A DNA stretch of 64,000 bases from the NCBI GenBank assembly GCA_963740315.1, contig CAVUDP010000002.1, forward strand, positions 1,120,001 to 1,184,000, in the 5' to 3' direction. Source of the DNA: an uncultured cyanobacterium (GTDB taxonomy: Bacteria; Cyanobacteriota; Cyanobacteriia; Cyanobacteriales; Nostocaceae). How positions within the stretch are numbered: the stretch's first letter is position 1; every line of letters starts with the position of its first letter. The notes beneath the pieces are model-generated. The model saw only the letters and a list, made by a program, of their open reading frames with translations. It was not told the DNA's origin and did no database searches. A program made the translations under genes and the position numbers. Of the stretch, positions 31,981 through 42,120 are shown piece after piece.

Positions 31981-33051
31981 TTATGTCAGGGCGGCCACTG
32001 ATACTTTTCCTGCGATCGCCAAAGCAATTTCTGTTAAAGCTTTTGCTGATGCTGAATCTGAGTCGGCTACAACTATAGGTACACCGTTATCCCCGCCGAC
32101 TCTGGTAGATATTTCCAACGGTACGCACCCCAATAAAGGTATTCCCAATTCGGCGGCTGTTTTTGAGCCACCACCGGAACCGAAAATATCATACTGTTTA
32201 TCGGGCATATCTGGGGGTATAAAATAACTCATATTTTCGATAATCCCCAAAACTGGTACGTTCATCTGCTGAAACATCCGCAAGCCTTTACGAGAATCTA
32301 GTAAAGCTACGTTCTGCGGCGTAGTTACTATCACGGCACCCGCGATCGGTACGGCTTGTGTCAATGTTAACTGAGCGTCACCCGTTCCCGGAGGCATATC
32401 TACAATTAAGTAGTCTAGTTCTCCCCATTCCACTTGATATAAGAACTGGCGAATCACTCCATTTAACATCGGTCCGCGCCAAATTACGGGTTGATCTCGG
32501 TCGATCAGAAAACCCATTGAAACTAGTTTGACACCATGATTAAAGGCAGGTTCCAAGATTTCGCCTTTTTCACCCTGACGAACAGTAATTTGAGCCGATT
32601 CAAGTCCTAACATTGTGGGGTCGTTAGGTCCGTAAATATCGGCATCGAGCAAACCCACTTTAGCTCCGGTTTGAGCTAATGCTACGGCTATATTTACAGC
32701 TACCGTGCTTTTACCGACACCACCTTTACCGCTAGAAACAGCAACAATATTTTTGATCCCGGCTATACTATTGCGATCGGGTAAACTTTTCTGTTGTGGT
32801 GTTTCTGCCGTCACTTCTACCGCTACGTCCGTAACTCCTGGAAGTTTTTTAACAGCTTTTTCACAATCTTCAACGATAAATTCTCGTAAAGGGCAAGCAG
32901 GTGTAGTCAAAACCAAAGTGAAGCTGACCTTGCCATCTTCGATTTTGACATTGCGAATCATATTCAGTTCCACCAAACTTTTGCGAAGTTCGGGATCTTC
33001 TACTGGTCGCAATATTTCTAAAACCGAACTCGCCGAAAGAACATCTTGCAT
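31981..33051 (-). CDS. mrp: Mrp/NBP35/ApbC Fe-S cluster carrier ATPase
   Basis: TTPACP, SGKGGVGKST, DADIYGP, WRGPM, DMPPGTGD and ENMSYF motifs. Confidence 0.95.
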   Translation of the reverse strand: MQDVLSASSVLEILRPVEDPELRKSLVELNMIRNVKIEDGKVSFTLVLTTPACPLREFIVEDCEKAVKKLPGVTDVAVEVTAETPQQKSLPDRNSIAGIKNIVAVSSGKGGVGKSTVAVNIAVALAQTGAKVGLLDADIYGPNDPTMLGLESAQITVRQGEKGEILEPAFNHGVKLVSMGFLIDRDQPVIWRGPMLNGVIRQFLYQVEWGELDYLIVDMPPGTGDAQLTLTQAVPIAGAVIVTTPQNVALLDSRKGLRMFQQMNVPVLGIIENMSYFIPPDMPDKQYDIFGSGGGSKTAAELGIPLLGCVPLEISTRVGGDNGVPIVVADSDSASAKALTEIALAIAGKVSVAALT

Positions 33052-33116
33052 AGTATTTTTACAACTGAAGTTGAAACAATTTTTAACTTAAAATATTATC
33101 TATCTTTATGGGCATC

Positions 33117-33613
33117 GGGGAGGGGAGAGGGGGAGAGGGGGAGAGGGGGAGATGGGGAGATGGGGAGATGGGGAGAGGGGGAGAGGGGGAGAGGGGGAGA
33201 TGGGGAGATGGGGAGAGGGGGAGAGGGGGAGATGGGGAGAGGGGGAGAGGGGGAGATGGGGAGATGGGGAGAGGGGGAGAGGGGGAGATGGGGAGATGGG
33301 GAGATGGGGAGAGGGGGAGATGGGGAGATGGAGGTAGTTAAATAGCGAGCTTTCCGGCGATCGCTACTCTTAATTCCTAACTCCTAATTCCTAACTCCTA
33401 ACTCCTAACTCCTAACTCTTAACTCTTAACTCTTAACTCCTAACTCTTAACTCTTAACTCCTAACTCTTAACTCCTAACTCTTAACTCTTAACTCTTAAC
33501 TCCTAACTCTTAACTCTTAACTCCTAACTCTTAACTCCTAACTCTTAACTCCTAACTCCTAACTCTTAACTCCCTACTCCCTACTCCCTACTCCCTACTC
33601 CCTACTCCCTACT
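33117..33613. repeat. Large STRR block
   Basis: About 26 octamers GGGGAGA(G/T), then a HIP1 site, then (CTCCTAA/CTCTTAA)n and (CTCCCTA)n. Confidence 0.95.
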
Positions 33614-33618
33614 CTTTC

Positions 33619-34140
33619 TTAGAACAATTCCGACTGGAAAGTAGATTTTCTTTTCCCCGATACTGCTTTAATTGCGGCTTCTTCAACGGCTTCGATTAAA
33701 GCCCGCGCTACTTTGTGAGCGTAAGGGCGGGAAAAAGACCAAACTAACGGAGACAGCCAACCGCGTAAAGTAACGGAGTAAGATAAACAACTACCGCAAA
33801 CTGTGGACTCTATTTTGTAACTGATTCTTTCTTCTACGCCGGGAATTGCCAAAATTCGCACGCTTAACAGTTCTCTGGGATTAACGCGCTCGACAAAAAT
33901 ACGGATTGGAATTGGTGAGAGGCGGGTAACAACTTGATAAATCAATCCTGGTTTGGGTACTAATCCGTAAGGTACGTTAGTACTTTTAAATAATGGGTGC
34001 CAGGAAACGTCTGCCAAATCAACAACTTTATGCCATATTTCATCCACAGAAGCGGAACTAATTTCGCGATAACTTCGCACCAAAGAGGCGCAAACTCGAC
34101 GACGTTTGCGGTTGATAAATTTCGATAACCAACCTTGCAT
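33619..34140 (-). CDS. SRPBCC (polyketide cyclase/START-like) family protein
   Basis: SSASVDEIWHKVVDLADVSWHP...RVNPRELLSVR...LSYSVTLRGWLSP pattern. Confidence 0.75.
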   Translation of the reverse strand: MQGWLSKFINRKRRRVCASLVRSYREISSASVDEIWHKVVDLADVSWHPLFKSTNVPYGLVPKPGLIYQVVTRLSPIPIRIFVERVNPRELLSVRILAIPGVEERISYKIESTVCGSCLSYSVTLRGWLSPLVWSFSRPYAHKVARALIEAVEEAAIKAVSGKRKSTFQSELF

Positions 34141-34902
34141 TATTTTAATCCTCCTGGCTACACACTTAAACAGTAAATGAGGGTATGTTGGGTTTTGATT
34201 AGTAGTTCCCGTGTAAGAAAGTGAACGAGCTATGTTGAATTATTCCCAATCGCCCCTTACGCAGGAGATTGGCTGCAATGCCCGAATCTTTTTAAAGTAT
34301 TTAGCTTGTGTTTGGGGCACATAAATCTTCTTCAAAACAAAATTAAACAAGATATTCCAATCTTCTTTATAGAAACAATTTTATATGTTGCTTATGTTTA
34401 ATTACATTAAGCCCAAACGAGCAACCAATATCTTTTTCCTCTGAGAGGAAATGTCTGCTTTTAGTCACTCCGATTCTATAAAAGGCAAATATAGCAGCAG
34501 TTACAGTAGTTCAAGTGTAAATAAAGGTATCTCCATACAGAACGCCATCTGACTCGATCGCTGTTGCCTAATTCGGAAATGCCTTCTTAGTGATGCCCCT
34601 TCAGATAAGCAGGTTCTACAGGTTATTGTTACAGAATTTAGTCTCAATAGTGGGGTATTTGCACAAAAAAGTTGCAAAATAATTTGTAGCGGCATTATTC
34701 GTGATGCTTCACACGGGCAGAGTCGTTCACAAAAGTTAATCAATATACAAGCTTATACCTATTTGAGGGAGAATAACTTTATTCACCTTATTTACCTGAC
34801 CGGGAAATTACGCGGATTATTTACATTGCATGATTGCGGGATTTAACAAAGCGAATATTTCCGTTAGGAAAAAGTAAAAACGTTATTTATATCTAGAAAT
34901 TT

Positions 34903-35943
34903 ATGTTGACATCGCAAACTTCCCCTAAATCGCCTTCTTCTCAACCTTTACCGCCATCTGACGCTAAAACTAGAGTCAGTAAGTTTATGAAGCAGTTACA
35001 AGATGAGATTTCTCAAACTTTAGCTGAACTCGATGGCTCGGGGCAATTTCAAGAAGATAGTTGGGAACGTCCCGAAGGTGGTGGAGGACGTTCGCGAGTT
35101 TTGCAGGATGGTGCAATGTTTGAACAAGGTGGTGTAAATTTTTCTGAAGTTTGGGGTTCTAAATTACCGCCTTCAATTATTGCAAATCGTCCGGAAGCTG
35201 AAGGACACAAGTTTTATGCGACGGGAACTTCAATGGTGCTGCACCCCCGCAATCCGTATTGTCCTACAGTCCATTTAAATTACCGCTACTTTGAAGCAGG
35301 TCCTGTTTGGTGGTTTGGTGGCGGTGCGGATATGACTCCTTACTATCCTTTTGCCGAAGATGCGACACATTTCCATCAAACCTTCAAGGAGGCTTGCGAT
35401 AATCATCATCAAGAATATTACCCGGTGTTCAAACGCTGGTGCGATGAATATTTTTACCTCAAGCATCGTGATGAAACCAGAGGTGTCGGCGGTTTATTCT
35501 TCGATTACCAAGACGGAACGGGTGCTTTATATCGCGGTCCCCATCCAGATAAAGCAGCGGCTGAGTATAGCAATGAAATTGGCGAATTACCCACTCGTAA
35601 TTGGGAAGAAATATTTGGCTTTGTTCAAGAATGCGGTAAGTCATTTTTACCGGCTTATCTACCAATCGTCGAAAAAAGACACCCGATGGAATATAGCGAT
35701 CGCCAGCGAGATTTTCAGCTGTATCGCCGAGGTAGATATGTTGAATTTAATTTAGTTTACGACCGGGGTACAATTTTTGGTCTGCAAACCAACGGACGTA
35801 CTGAGTCCATTTTGATGTCTTTGCCGCCCTTAGTACGCTGGCAATATGGGTATAAGCCAGAACCAAATTCTCCAGAAGCCGAATTGTACGAAACCTTCCT
35901 CAAGCCTCAAGATTGGGTCAACTGGAGCCAGAGCCATACTTAA
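34903..35943 (+). CDS. hemF: Oxygen-dependent coproporphyrinogen III oxidase
   Basis: [28 protein letters not shown] and [16 protein letters not shown] motifs. Confidence 0.97.
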   Translation: MLTSQTSPKSPSSQPLPPSDAKTRVSKFMKQLQDEISQTLAELDGSGQFQEDSWERPEGGGGRSRVLQDGAMFEQGGVNFSEVWGSKLPPSIIANRPEAEGHKFYATGTSMVLHPRNPYCPTVHLNYRYFEAGPVWWFGGGADMTPYYPFAEDATHFHQTFKEACDNHHQEYYPVFKRWCDEYFYLKHRDETRGVGGLFFDYQDGTGALYRGPHPDKAAAEYSNEIGELPTRNWEEIFGFVQECGKSFLPAYLPIVEKRHPMEYSDRQRDFQLYRRGRYVEFNLVYDRGTIFGLQTNGRTESILMSLPPLVRWQYGYKPEPNSPEAELYETFLKPQDWVNWSQSHT

Positions 35944-36182
35944 ATAATGTAAGTTAAACTACTAAAATCAGTATTTGTGCAAGGTGACAATTATGGCTGT
36001 AGCTTGTTAAACTCTCGCTACAGCATTAATAAATTTTGTTACTGGTGAAGCTAGTTGTTTTAATCTATAAGTAAATTTTATAAATTTTAGAGGAACTATA
36101 GAGTAACATCTATAAGCTTCAGTAGTATTTTGCACAAAAAGCTGTATCTAATTAGTTAGTTTGAAGAGTGCTAGGGGAATTT

Positions 36183-36551
36183 ATGATTCATATAGAACAA
36201 AAAAGTTATACAACTCAAGACGGGAATACCGTTATCGTTTTATCACCGACTGGGCGTTTAGACATCACCACAGCTTGGCAGTTTCGTCTCAAGCTACAAG
36301 AATGTATTTCTAAAGTCAGTCCCCATGTGGTGGTAAATTTGGGACAGGTAAATTTTATTGATAGTTCCGGTCTTACTTCTTTGGTTGCTGGAATGCGCGA
36401 TGCGGACAAAGTGAAGGGTAGTTTCCGTATTTGTAACGTACATCCAGAAGCTAAGTTAGTTTTTGAAGTAACGATGATGGATACCGTATTTGAAATATTT
36501 GAAACTGAAGAGGAAGCTTTGGAAGGCGTGCCTCGTAGTATTGCTAGCTAA
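36183..36551 (+). CDS. STAS-domain anti-sigma factor antagonist
   Basis: GRLDITTA and VNFIDSSGLTSLV motifs. Confidence 0.92.
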   Translation: MIHIEQKSYTTQDGNTVIVLSPTGRLDITTAWQFRLKLQECISKVSPHVVVNLGQVNFIDSSGLTSLVAGMRDADKVKGSFRICNVHPEAKLVFEVTMMDTVFEIFETEEEALEGVPRSIAS

Positions 36552-36803
36552 AAGGACCACCGGAGTTAGGACCACCGGAGTTAGGAGTTAACAGTTGGGA
36601 GTTAAAGTTAAATATTTATAATTCTTATTGACCATTTTTAGGAGAATTGAATTTCGCCTTTTGATATTAAAGGGCTATTAAAATTCAAGTTAGTAATTCG
36701 AGTATTGCTACCTATTTTCCAGTACTCTTAATACAATTTCACCTGTCTTCTTGAAACGGTATAGCTGCTAACTCTTAACTCTTAACTCTTAATTTTGTCA
36801 TTA

Positions 36804-37391
36804 CTATTGCAACTTGGTGTAGCGATAAGGACCTAAAATCGCGCCCCAGGTTGCTTTTCGGGTTTCTATATCAATTCCTTTGTCATAGCTGAGAAATTCT
36901 TTTTGGGTTGCTTCAAATCCCAAAGAAACTTCGATCGTATTACCAGCGTAATCAAACGTGCAGCGATTATCTGGTATGGGTTTAGCAATAAATTTGTATT
37001 GATGAGGAGCGAGGGTTTCTACGTTCATTGTTAAAACGCATCCCGGTAGTATATCTAATTGTTCGGAGGTAAGAGCATTAAGTGATGTATAATTTCGACC
37101 TGCACCAATCCAAGCTGTTGGATCTTTAAACATATAGTACTGAACCTTAAACGATTCATCAGCGATCGCGGGTGTAATTCTGATAATTCGCTGACGGTAA
37201 GGTTTTTCTATGTTGAGAGTGTTTGCTTGCTCGGCAAATAACGTCAAACTGTCTTCTTGAAATAAAGATACAGGTCTTTGCCACATACGTAAATATACGT
37301 ACCAAGCAGGATCGATCATTGCCTGTTCTTTGTTCTCAAACTCACCTGCCAAGTACTCGCTAATGGTGTTTAAATCTGGCAAAGAACTCAT
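36804..37391 (-). CDS. cpcT: CpcT/CpeT-family phycobiliprotein chromophore lyase
   Basis: LAGEFENKEQA, FAEQA...PYRQR, LPGC and SYDKG...TWG...GPY motifs. Confidence 0.85.
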   Translation of the reverse strand: MSSLPDLNTISEYLAGEFENKEQAMIDPAWYVYLRMWQRPVSLFQEDSLTLFAEQANTLNIEKPYRQRIIRITPAIADESFKVQYYMFKDPTAWIGAGRNYTSLNALTSEQLDILPGCVLTMNVETLAPHQYKFIAKPIPDNRCTFDYAGNTIEVSLGFEATQKEFLSYDKGIDIETRKATWGAILGPYRYTKLQ

Positions 37392-37656
37392 GAATACAAA
37401 TTGGATATTAAACTATCATTTATATGGGTTGATTATATAGGAAAAGCGGTTCTACTTGCGATCGCCATACCTAAAATATGGTTGTAATATTTCTATTGCA
37501 GCTTGAATCAGCCATTTGTAAAATCGTAATTGCTTCTAAGCAACCAAGGATGTATTTTACTTTAGTCGGTGTAGTTAGGGAATCATTACTTGGCAAAGTT
37601 GCATACAAGCGCGAGAATAAGTTTACATTACTCTTAAATTTCATAAAAATTTCTTC

Positions 37657-38361
37657 GTGAATAACGTCCGTACTGTTTCTGAAACAAAAAGAACTTTCTA
37701 CAGTCTTCACACCCGTCCAATCAACACGATTTATCGTCGCGTGGTTGAAGAATTAATGGTAGAAATGCACCTGCTGAGTGTAAATGCCGATTTTAAATAC
37801 GATCCCATTTATGCTTTGGGTGTAGTAACTACCTTTGAAAGATTTATGCAGGGTTACAAGCCCGACGAGGACAAAGAATCGATTTATAATGCCTTGATTA
37901 AGTCAGTGGAAGAAGATCCACAGAAATACAGACAAGATGCTCAAAGGTTAGAAAATTTAGCTAAAAGCATACCAGCTAAAGATTTAGTTAGCAATTTGAG
38001 TCAGCAACGCTTGGGTAATGAGTCTGATTTACAGGCACTATTAGAAAGTATTGCTAATAATTCAAAGTTTAAATACAGTCGTTTATTTGCGATTGGTTTA
38101 TATACTTTATTAGAAACGTCAGATCCAGAAATGGTTAAAGACGAAAAACTTCGTAATGAAGCTTTGAAAACTATTGCAAATGGATTGCATTTACCTGATG
38201 ATAAACTGAGCAAAGATTTAGATTTATACCGCTCTAACTTGGATAAAATGGCGCAAGCAGCCATAGTAATGGCGGATATGATTGCAGCAGAGCGTAAAAG
38301 ACGCGAGCAACGCGCGGCTGAGAAATCCGAGAGTAAAGTTGCGCCTCCCTCTCAAGAATGA
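37657..38361 (+). CDS. psb29: Photosystem II biogenesis protein Psb29/Thf1
   Basis: RTVSETKRTF...PINTIYRRVVEELMVEMHLL...YSRLFAIGL...KDLDLYRSNL. Confidence 0.95.
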   Translation: MNNVRTVSETKRTFYSLHTRPINTIYRRVVEELMVEMHLLSVNADFKYDPIYALGVVTTFERFMQGYKPDEDKESIYNALIKSVEEDPQKYRQDAQRLENLAKSIPAKDLVSNLSQQRLGNESDLQALLESIANNSKFKYSRLFAIGLYTLLETSDPEMVKDEKLRNEALKTIANGLHLPDDKLSKDLDLYRSNLDKMAQAAIVMADMIAAERKRREQRAAEKSESKVAPPSQE

Positions 38362-38646
38362 TCTTCCAAATTTTGGATTTTGCCGAAAGTTGTCGTGCGG
38401 GGGTTCCCGCCGCCCTGGCAAACTTTTCAAGACGGATTTTAGATTAAAAAAAACAAGCCCCTAGCTAAAGTAGGGGATAATCTAAAATGCCCAAATCGAA
38501 AAAATCTTTAATTTAAACCATATTTTCTGAGATTGGCAAACCTCTTCCAAGAAGAGAACAATCTAAAATCTAAAATCGAGTAGATTATGCCGATTATTGA
38601 TGAAGGAGTTAGGAGGATTTAAATTTATCACTCCTAACTTTTAAGA

Positions 38647-39012
38647 TTACAAGGGCAAAATTGAGTAAATTATGCTGCTAACAACTGACAGTGTTAGCGC
38701 CCCCATAATTGCGCTCCAAATTCCGTAACGCAAGCGAAATCCTTGTACTATATAGGCTGCAATCCCAAAACAGATCGCGGAGATAATAAAGGTAAACACG
38801 CCTTGAAATAAAGTCAGCGTCAGAAGATTTGGTATTGCAAAAAGTAGGATGAAAATCGGCTTAACTAATACGGTAACAATCCCCAAAACAGCAGCAGAAA
38901 CAAAGCTTTTATTTAGAGAATCAACTTCAACTCCTATAAAGGGAATTTTGCTGATAATTAAAAAGCTAACGGCTGTTACTAACCAAGCAACTAAAAGTGC
39001 GACGATATTCAT
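38647..39012 (-). CDS. YvlD-like 4-TM membrane protein (phage holin family 4)
   Basis: GVEVDS...AAVLGIV..LVKPI..L..IP..LLTL...VQGFRL...SAIMGAL pattern. Confidence 0.8.
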   Translation of the reverse strand: MNIVALLVAWLVTAVSFLIISKIPFIGVEVDSLNKSFVSAAVLGIVTVLVKPIFILLFAIPNLLTLTLFQGVFTFIISAICFGIAAYIVQGFRLRYGIWSAIMGALTLSVVSSIIYSILPL

Positions 39013-39195
39013 CTGAATTTAAGGTTAAAGATCTGCATGTTAAAGGTATTGAGTGAGGAGTATTGAGTGAGCAGTGAACAGTGAGCAGTGAGCAGTGAAC
39101 AGTGAGCAGTGAACAGTTACCAGTCTTCAATTTATAACTCTACCCCCTCTACCTCATCTCCCTCATCCCCCCCATCTCCCCATCTCCCCATCCCC

Positions 39196-39909
39196 TTAAG
39201 GACTGGGATTAGTCTGCGGCGCACTGGGTGCAACGGTTGCGCCAGGGGCTGGTGCTGTGGTGGGAGCCGATGCTGGCGGAACTCCTTGTCCGGTTTGGGG
39301 TTGATTGGGGATGGTAGGAAGCGGGATTTGCGTGCTATCGGGTGGTAAATTGAGGTTCGGGTTATTTGGAGGTAAGTTAGGGGCAGGAGTGACTGGTAAG
39401 CCTGGTAAAGGTAACGTTCCACCAGGAGTAGCTCCAGGTAGATTCGGAAGACTAGGAAGTGGCTGCAATGGATTTGCAGGCTGTTCTTCAGAACCAGGTA
39501 TAATTGCTAAAGATACTCTGTCACCACCCACTTGTCGCAGCAAATCTAATATTTCGATTACATCATTATAAGTTGCCGATCGCGAAGCATATAATACTAA
39601 AGTACCTCTAGGATTTTGTGCAAGATAGTTCTTTAAGATATCTCCTAGCTGCTGCCGCTCTATAGCATCTTTCTCTACATAAATTTGACCGAATGCATCA
39701 ATAGTAACGGGTAAGATTTGCCGTTCTCCTTGTGCCGGTACGCTGGGTGATGCAGTGTTAGCTTGAGGTAAATCGATGTTGATTGACTGTTGGCGAGTAA
39801 ATTGTAACGATGCCAGAATAAAAAATGTCAGAATGCAAAAAACAACATCAATTAACGGGATAATTTGAATTTGAACTTCTTCGGTTGGATTATTGAGGTT
39901 TATTTTCAT
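39196..39909 (-). CDS. exbD: Biopolymer transport protein ExbD/TolR with Pro-rich tail
   Basis: IQIIPLIDVVFCILTFFI and INIDLPQA motifs. Adjacent to exbB. Confidence 0.9.
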   Translation of the reverse strand: MKINLNNPTEEVQIQIIPLIDVVFCILTFFILASLQFTRQQSINIDLPQANTASPSVPAQGERQILPVTIDAFGQIYVEKDAIERQQLGDILKNYLAQNPRGTLVLYASRSATYNDVIEILDLLRQVGGDRVSLAIIPGSEEQPANPLQPLPSLPNLPGATPGGTLPLPGLPVTPAPNLPPNNPNLNLPPDSTQIPLPTIPNQPQTGQGVPPASAPTTAPAPGATVAPSAPQTNPSP

Positions 39910-40095
39910 CTTTTAATTCTCACTACATCATAAAAGCATCTAGCGATCGAGCATGCTCACTAAGTTGAAGGCGATCGCATAGCATAGCTTAGCCGAATTT
40001 AAATAAAACTTGGTTGCGGGCGTATCCTATAGAAAAAAACACGGCGTTGTAGAGAACGTTTACTCCGTGTGTGTGTAGAGCCTACTGGTTAATTC

Positions 40096-40890
40096 CTACT
40101 GTTTATTATCTTCAGATTCGGGTGAATCGGAATCTAATGTTTTAGGAAATTCGGATAACTTGTTTTTACCTCGTTTGCGTGGGTTTGTAGAATTTTCCCT
40201 TGTAGTAGTAATATCCTTATCTGTTGCAATTGCTTCAGGTAGCGCTCTTTGGGGCGTAAAATTGCTATCGGTTGGAGGAAATTGGCGATAAAGTAGCTCC
40301 ATTTCATTTCCAGATGCACGGAAAACTTTGACTTGATTAAATAGCAAAGCTTGAAACCATCTGTAAAATATCAAACTGACGATCGCAACCACTAACCCTG
40401 CTGCGGTACTGTATAGCGATTCCCCGATACCAGTGGTGACTCCAGCACTAGCTTCGGTACCTAAATCCGAAATTTTGATTGATTCGAGAGATTGAATCAA
40501 ACCCCAAACCGTACCAAACAATCCGAGTAAAGGCGCGATCGCAATTACCAACTCTAAAACTTTTTCGCCGCGACGCATTAAAGCTAATTCGTTTTCTGCA
40601 CTAGATTCGAGCGCCAATCTAAAAGTTTCGGGATCCCTTCTTGGTATACTTAAAGGCGCATAGAGAAACCTGCCTATAGGTTGACGATCTGCTCGTTCTG
40701 CAATTTCTGTAGCTACCCCCCAATCATCCCGAGCTGCGTCTAATACGCGATCGACAATTTTCCTTTCTTGAGCTAGAATTCTCAGCCAGAACCATATCCG
40801 CTCGAAAATTACGCTCAAAGATAAAATCGAGAAAAAAAGTAAAGGCCATACTACAGGACCTATCTTACGTACAATATCTTCAATATTCAT
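40096..40890 (-). CDS. exbB: MotA/TolQ/ExbB proton channel protein
   Basis: VIFER, IAPLLGLFGTVWGLI and GIGESLYSTAAGLVVAI motifs. Confidence 0.92.
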   Translation of the reverse strand: MNIEDIVRKIGPVVWPLLFFSILSLSVIFERIWFWLRILAQERKIVDRVLDAARDDWGVATEIAERADRQPIGRFLYAPLSIPRRDPETFRLALESSAENELALMRRGEKVLELVIAIAPLLGLFGTVWGLIQSLESIKISDLGTEASAGVTTGIGESLYSTAAGLVVAIVSLIFYRWFQALLFNQVKVFRASGNEMELLYRQFPPTDSNFTPQRALPEAIATDKDITTTRENSTNPRKRGKNKLSEFPKTLDSDSPESEDNKQ

Positions 40891-41111
40891 GCTTATAAAT
40901 CTCCTCCGTTCATCCTCAACCAAATTCACACCACTTCAATTTTAGAGATTAATGCACAACTTCTACATTTTTATGAAAAGAACGTGTATATCCGAACCTT
41001 ACCGAACTAAGATAAGCGGTAGCATATTCCGATGCGTCAATAGGGCGGTTATTCCCACAGTTCGTAATGGTCATTTTTTGTCAAAATTAAAGGTAAGTTG
41101 AGGCTATAAAT

Positions 41112-41429
41112 ATGAAATACTCAATACAATCAGTTTATGAATGGTATCGTGGTTTGATTCGCGATCCAAAGTATCGTTGGTGGGTGCTTTTAGGGACTCT
41201 CGTATATTTTGTTAGTCCGATTGATGTAATTCCTGACATTTTCCCAATTGTTGGGGAACTTGATGATGTTTTTCTGTTAACTTTATTAGTTAGCGAATTC
41301 TCTCAAATGGTTATCGAAGGCTTTAAAGCACGTAAGGGAGTTACGGATACAGATACAGGGGCAAATGCTTCCGAACAAGCTGGTAAGAGCGCAGATACTA
41401 TTGATGTTGATGCCATTCCCTTAAAATAG
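41112..41429 (+). CDS. YkvA/DUF1232 family protein
   Basis: LVYFVSPIDVIPDIFPIVGELDD signature. Confidence 0.9.
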   Translation: MKYSIQSVYEWYRGLIRDPKYRWWVLLGTLVYFVSPIDVIPDIFPIVGELDDVFLLTLLVSEFSQMVIEGFKARKGVTDTDTGANASEQAGKSADTIDVDAIPLK

Positions 41430-41457
41430 TGTCGGTAATAAAACAAAACTTAATTAA

Positions 41458-41507
41458 CCTCCTTTTTCTGCAACAATAATGCACCGAGAAAGGGGGATAT
41501 TTTTTTT
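41458..41507 (+). terminator. Probable intrinsic terminator
   Basis: CCTCCTTTTTC...GAGAAAGGGGG stem followed by a T-run after the DUF1232 gene. Confidence 0.5.
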
Positions 41508-41745
41508 CAGTGAACAGTTAGCAGTGAGCAGTTAGCAGTGAACAGTTACCAGTTAATAATTGTCCGTTATTACACTGAAATTTAAATACTCTGGATTAAT
41601 CTCGCGCAATTCTTCGTACTCAGTTAAGCCTGCATTCTTTATATATTTAACGCTCAGTTATATAACCGTTCCCCCAGCCCTATTCCCTACTTTTTATCTA
41701 AACAAAATGTTCAATTGTTTAATTGAATGTTGGCACATGTAGTTA

Positions 41746-41968
41746 AATAATTTACAGTTTTAACACTTACTTGAATCACTTTTAATTGTTCTAAATCCGT
41801 AATCTGATTTTGTGGCATTAATTGTAATCCTTCTTTACCTTTACCAAATTTAATTTCTAAATCCATTTAAATCCCTGATATTATTCCTCGTGTTTCACCA
41901 CGTATTTCACTGTGTACTTCACGTTCTCTCAAATGCTGATACCAAGCATATTCCTATAATGCAGCCAT
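41746..41968 (-). pseudogene. Degenerate copy of an Rpn-family C-terminal module
   Basis: Manual translation MAAL*EYAWYQHLREREVHSEIRGETRGIISGI*MDLEIKFGKGKEGLQLMPQNQITDLEQLKVIQVSVKTVN is clearly homologous to the C-terminus of 47864-48730, with two stops. Confidence 0.8.
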
Positions 41969-42120
41969 ACACCGTAGGGAGTTCTTATAATACGCTATCT
42001 AAATATTTAACTTAATTCGCTTATTTATCCAAAGATGAACTCATATTCTGTCGCAGGTATGAGAGAAATATAAACCACTACTTGGTATTCTATATTTCAT
42101 TTGCGATTAGAGAGGTTGCG

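Noticed and set aside
33046..33345. ORFs rich in G/R/E/W in all three frames
   Set aside because: These are translations of octamer tandem repeats. The same applies to ORFs at 2573-2824, 14736-14963 and 22024-22302.
38647..39012. Prophage suggested by a holin-family gene
   Set aside because: This family is common in chromosomal contexts, and no other phage genes are nearby.
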